From IMG/VR virus record IMGVR_UViG_3300027896_004848: 64,000 nt of DNA, one strand, 5' to 3'. The notes beneath the pieces were generated by a model. That model ran no database searches, had not been told where the DNA came from, and worked only from the letters and a program-made list of their open reading frames with translations. Shown piece after piece: positions 61,683-64,000 of the stretch. The stretch comes from an uncultured virus (IMG/VR IMGVR_UViG_3300027896_004848) (lineage: Duplodnaviria > Heunggongvirae > Uroviricota > Caudoviricetes). Position 1 is the stretch's first letter. Each line of letters opens with the position of its first letter. A program made the position numbers and the translations under genes.

Positions 61683-63203
61683 ATGGCTTTTTTAAAGCAA
61701 GCTTCTCTGACAATCGAAAATCCAGATATAAATATTAATAAATGGATTAATCGTAATCCTAAGATAAAAGTAGCTAGTCAAGAAAAGCTTGTAGATTATA
61801 AAAGTATTATTCCTGATTTTAATCCAGACGACTATCTTCTGACTCATTGTACCATTATAGCTTCTGTGAATGTTGAAAATGCTCCTACTCCAGTAAGTTT
61901 TAAGAATGAAAAGACTCAAAATAATTTTAAAAAACTTGAGGGCAGTGCTGATTATTATATTACTCCAGATACTAGTAAGTATATCAACAGTAATGGTGAT
62001 GCTTGGACAAAAGAGCTTTTAAAGAAGACCTATAAGACCTTTATAGGAGCTGAGAATTATTTAGAGCATTTACAAGATCCTAAATACTCAAAAGGTAAGA
62101 TATTAGATGCAGCTCTTAGAGAAGTTGATGATGGTAAATCTTTATTTGTGGATATCCTTGTAGCTACAAATAAAAAACATAAAGATTTAGTAAATAAGAT
62201 ATCTTCAGGTGAGCTTACTACTCTTAGTATGGGCGCTGCGGTAGATTTTACTATATGTACAAAGTGTGGTCGAGTTGCTACAGATGAGACAGAGCTTTGT
62301 GAGCATATAAAGTACGAGAAGAAAAATTCTTTTATCAGTGAGCATGACGGTAAAAAGAGGGTAGTTGCAGAGCTGTGTGGAAGTCCTTTATATGAAGACA
62401 GCAATAAGTTTATAGAGGGATCTTGGGTAGAAAATCCTGCCTTTGTAGGAGCTGTTTTGAGAAACGAAATAAAAGTATCAGAAGAAATGGTAAAGCAGGC
62501 TATTTTAAAAAATTATAGTAAAATTATTAACTCTTCTCCAGAACTTAAAGAAGCCTCTAGGATACTTGTAGCAGCTTTAAAAAAGTCTAAGGTAGCTCTT
62601 ACTCCAGTAGAGGATGCTCCAGAAGAAAAACCAGCTGATGAGCCAGTACCAGAAGTTGAAGATAAGCCAGCTGATGAGCCTGTAATACCTGATGAACTAA
62701 AGGGTATTGGTGAGCCTCCAGTTGAGGAAGAGATTCCAGAAGAAGAACTCGCAGAAGAGACTAAAAAGCCATACGATAAATTAAAAGAAGACATAAAAGA
62801 GACATTAAAACATCAAATAAAAGAAGAGATATTAAAAGAACTGGGCACTAAAATTATAAATGCTCCAGAGCTACCTCACAGGAACGACAACCTAGTACAC
62901 TCAAGTAAGCTTGAAAAAATTGCTGAAAAGATAAGGGTAGCGGCAAGTATAATGAAAAAAGAAGGCTTTACTGGTCTTTATAAGAATGGCTATTCAAGAG
63001 AAGAAGTGCTTAAGCTGGCCTTTTTATCTAATAGATATTCAATTAATAAAGATCTTTTTAAGACGGTAAATAAGCTAGGTAAATCAACTACCTTTGCTAC
63101 ATTTAGACGTTATATGAAGGCCGTAGAAGCCGATTTGAATAGAGATTTGACCATGAATGAGAGAAGGGCACTTGAATTACTTTTGCAGGATGTTGAGAGC
63201 TAA
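61683..63203 (+). CDS. Prohead protease-like protein
   Basis: NSNGDAW, TF.G..N..EH, KG.ILDA, LSMG...C..C...C.H, F.E.SWV..PA. Confidence 0.55.
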   Translation: MAFLKQASLTIENPDININKWINRNPKIKVASQEKLVDYKSIIPDFNPDDYLLTHCTIIASVNVENAPTPVSFKNEKTQNNFKKLEGSADYYITPDTSKYINSNGDAWTKELLKKTYKTFIGAENYLEHLQDPKYSKGKILDAALREVDDGKSLFVDILVATNKKHKDLVNKISSGELTTLSMGAAVDFTICTKCGRVATDETELCEHIKYEKKNSFISEHDGKKRVVAELCGSPLYEDSNKFIEGSWVENPAFVGAVLRNEIKVSEEMVKQAILKNYSKIINSSPELKEASRILVAALKKSKVALTPVEDAPEEKPADEPVPEVEDKPADEPVIPDELKGIGEPPVEEEIPEEELAEETKKPYDKLKEDIKETLKHQIKEEILKELGTKIINAPELPHRNDNLVHSSKLEKIAEKIRVAASIMKKEGFTGLYKNGYSREEVLKLAFLSNRYSINKDLFKTVNKLGKSTTFATFRRYMKAVEADLNRDLTMNERRALELLLQDVES

Positions 63204-63205
63204 TT

Positions 63206-63409
63206 GTGGAGGTTACAGCTTATAAACCCAGAATTATAAAAGTAAGAAAGCCGAAGACGCCAAGGCAGCGTATGAAAACTCGGCTTTTATATAGGAAGGA
63301 TAAATTTAAGAGACGCCTATACAATAGGATATATCGCAGAAGATATAAAGTGCAGTTATCAAGGAAGCGTAAATTGTACATGTTAAGAAAGAAGTTTAAG
63401 AAAGGGTAA
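63206..63409 (+). CDS. Very basic small protein
   Basis: About half of the 67 residues are R or K. Confidence 0.5.
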   Translation: MEVTAYKPRIIKVRKPKTPRQRMKTRLLYRKDKFKRRLYNRIYRRRYKVQLSRKRKLYMLRKKFKKG

Positions 63410-63471
63410 AGTAAGAGTCTAAGTAGACTCAATACTAACGGAAGTAAAAGAAACCAAATAGGAGGATTCTA

Positions 63472-64000
63472 ATGAGAGAAAGACTAACAAAAAAAGCTAT
63501 GGGCCTGAACGATAGCCCAACCACGATGCATGTTGATCATGCTAACCCACCTGTTGAGAAATACGAAACAGGTAATCCAGATGCTTGGGCCGAAACCCCA
63601 AATATGTCGCATCCTTGGGACGAAGAGAATGCTGCTGGTCGTGAGCCATCAGGTCATGCTAAAATGAAAAGCTATGCAGCTATGGTAAAAGAAGCAAAAG
63701 AAATGGAAGAGAAAGCTCTTCATTGCTTGAAACTTGCTCAGGATATGCTACCAGATGCTCCACAAGATTCTCAAGAAAGACAAGCTGTTGATTTTATGAC
63801 TATGTCAAATAAAGCAGTATTGGCTACTCTGCGCAGAATGAGAGAATTTGAAGCTCTGATTAATGAAGCAAAAATTGCTAAAGTAGTTGATGCTTGCTTG
63901 GATGTATTAGCTGATGAGAAAAAAGAAGATAAAAAAGAAAAAGAATACGAATACGAAGAAAAGAAAGCTTGTGATGTAAAAAAAGAAGAAGTGAAAGCTG
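63472..64000 (+). CDS. Scaffold-like protein, truncated by the window end
   Basis: AGGAGG RBS; MRERLTKKAMG...DAWAETP...; open to position 64000. Confidence 0.5.
   Translation, partial: MRERLTKKAMGLNDSPTTMHVDHANPPVEKYETGNPDAWAETPNMSHPWDEENAAGREPSGHAKMKSYAAMVKEAKEMEEKALHCLKLAQDMLPDAPQDSQERQAVDFMTMSNKAVLATLRRMREFEALINEAKIAKVVDACLDVLADEKKEDKKEKEYEYEEKKACDVKKEEVKA

Noticed and set aside
62610..62770. CCAGCTGATGAGCC repeats
   Set aside because: Explained by a low-complexity KPADEPV linker in the protease-like protein
45711..63432. Short antisense ORFs under head genes and elsewhere
   Set aside because: Shadow frames of well-supported genes, with no RBS or motifs
1..64000. Stop-codon reassignment
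   Set aside because: Conserved genes are full length in the standard code and end in TAA, TAG and TGA; the GT breaks involve intervening genes, not single stops

Overview
AT-rich, gene-dense 64 kb segment of a large (jumbo-type) tailed phage genome that reads in the standard code. The host is unknown; a deltaproteobacterial/Bdellovibrionota-like host is only a weak guess from the style of the ParA, RdgC and RRM genes. It contains a head/packaging module (intein-containing terminase large subunit, portal, protease-like and scaffold-like genes), a tail-tube-like gene, a bacterial-type replication/transcription block (Toprim primase, RdgC, DnaN, DnaX, NusG-like, tandem sigma4), a dispersed glycosylation toolkit (RfbA, RfbC, several glycosyltransferases, methyltransferases, AdoMetDC-like, DUF3326), tRNA-Gly and many small ORFans. 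Most notable: (1) a 6.8 kb element bounded by a 14-bp direct repeat at the 3' end of a phage glycosyltransferase gene, carrying a tyrosine integrase, a catalytically dead TnpA-like gene, ParA and an iteron-containing Rep, i.e. a candidate parasite of the phage; (2) a multidomain glycosyltransferase broken mid-domain into three ORFs by inserted gene blocks; (3) a stand-alone GGDEF cyclase with His at the guanine-specificity Asp and a leader shared with putative virion proteins; (4) an unassigned structured RNA of about 210 nt just upstream of the tRNA; (5) a candidate late promoter, TA-N4-ACTAAT, at fixed spacing from SD-less starts. All calls come from motif reading by eye; no database searches were run.
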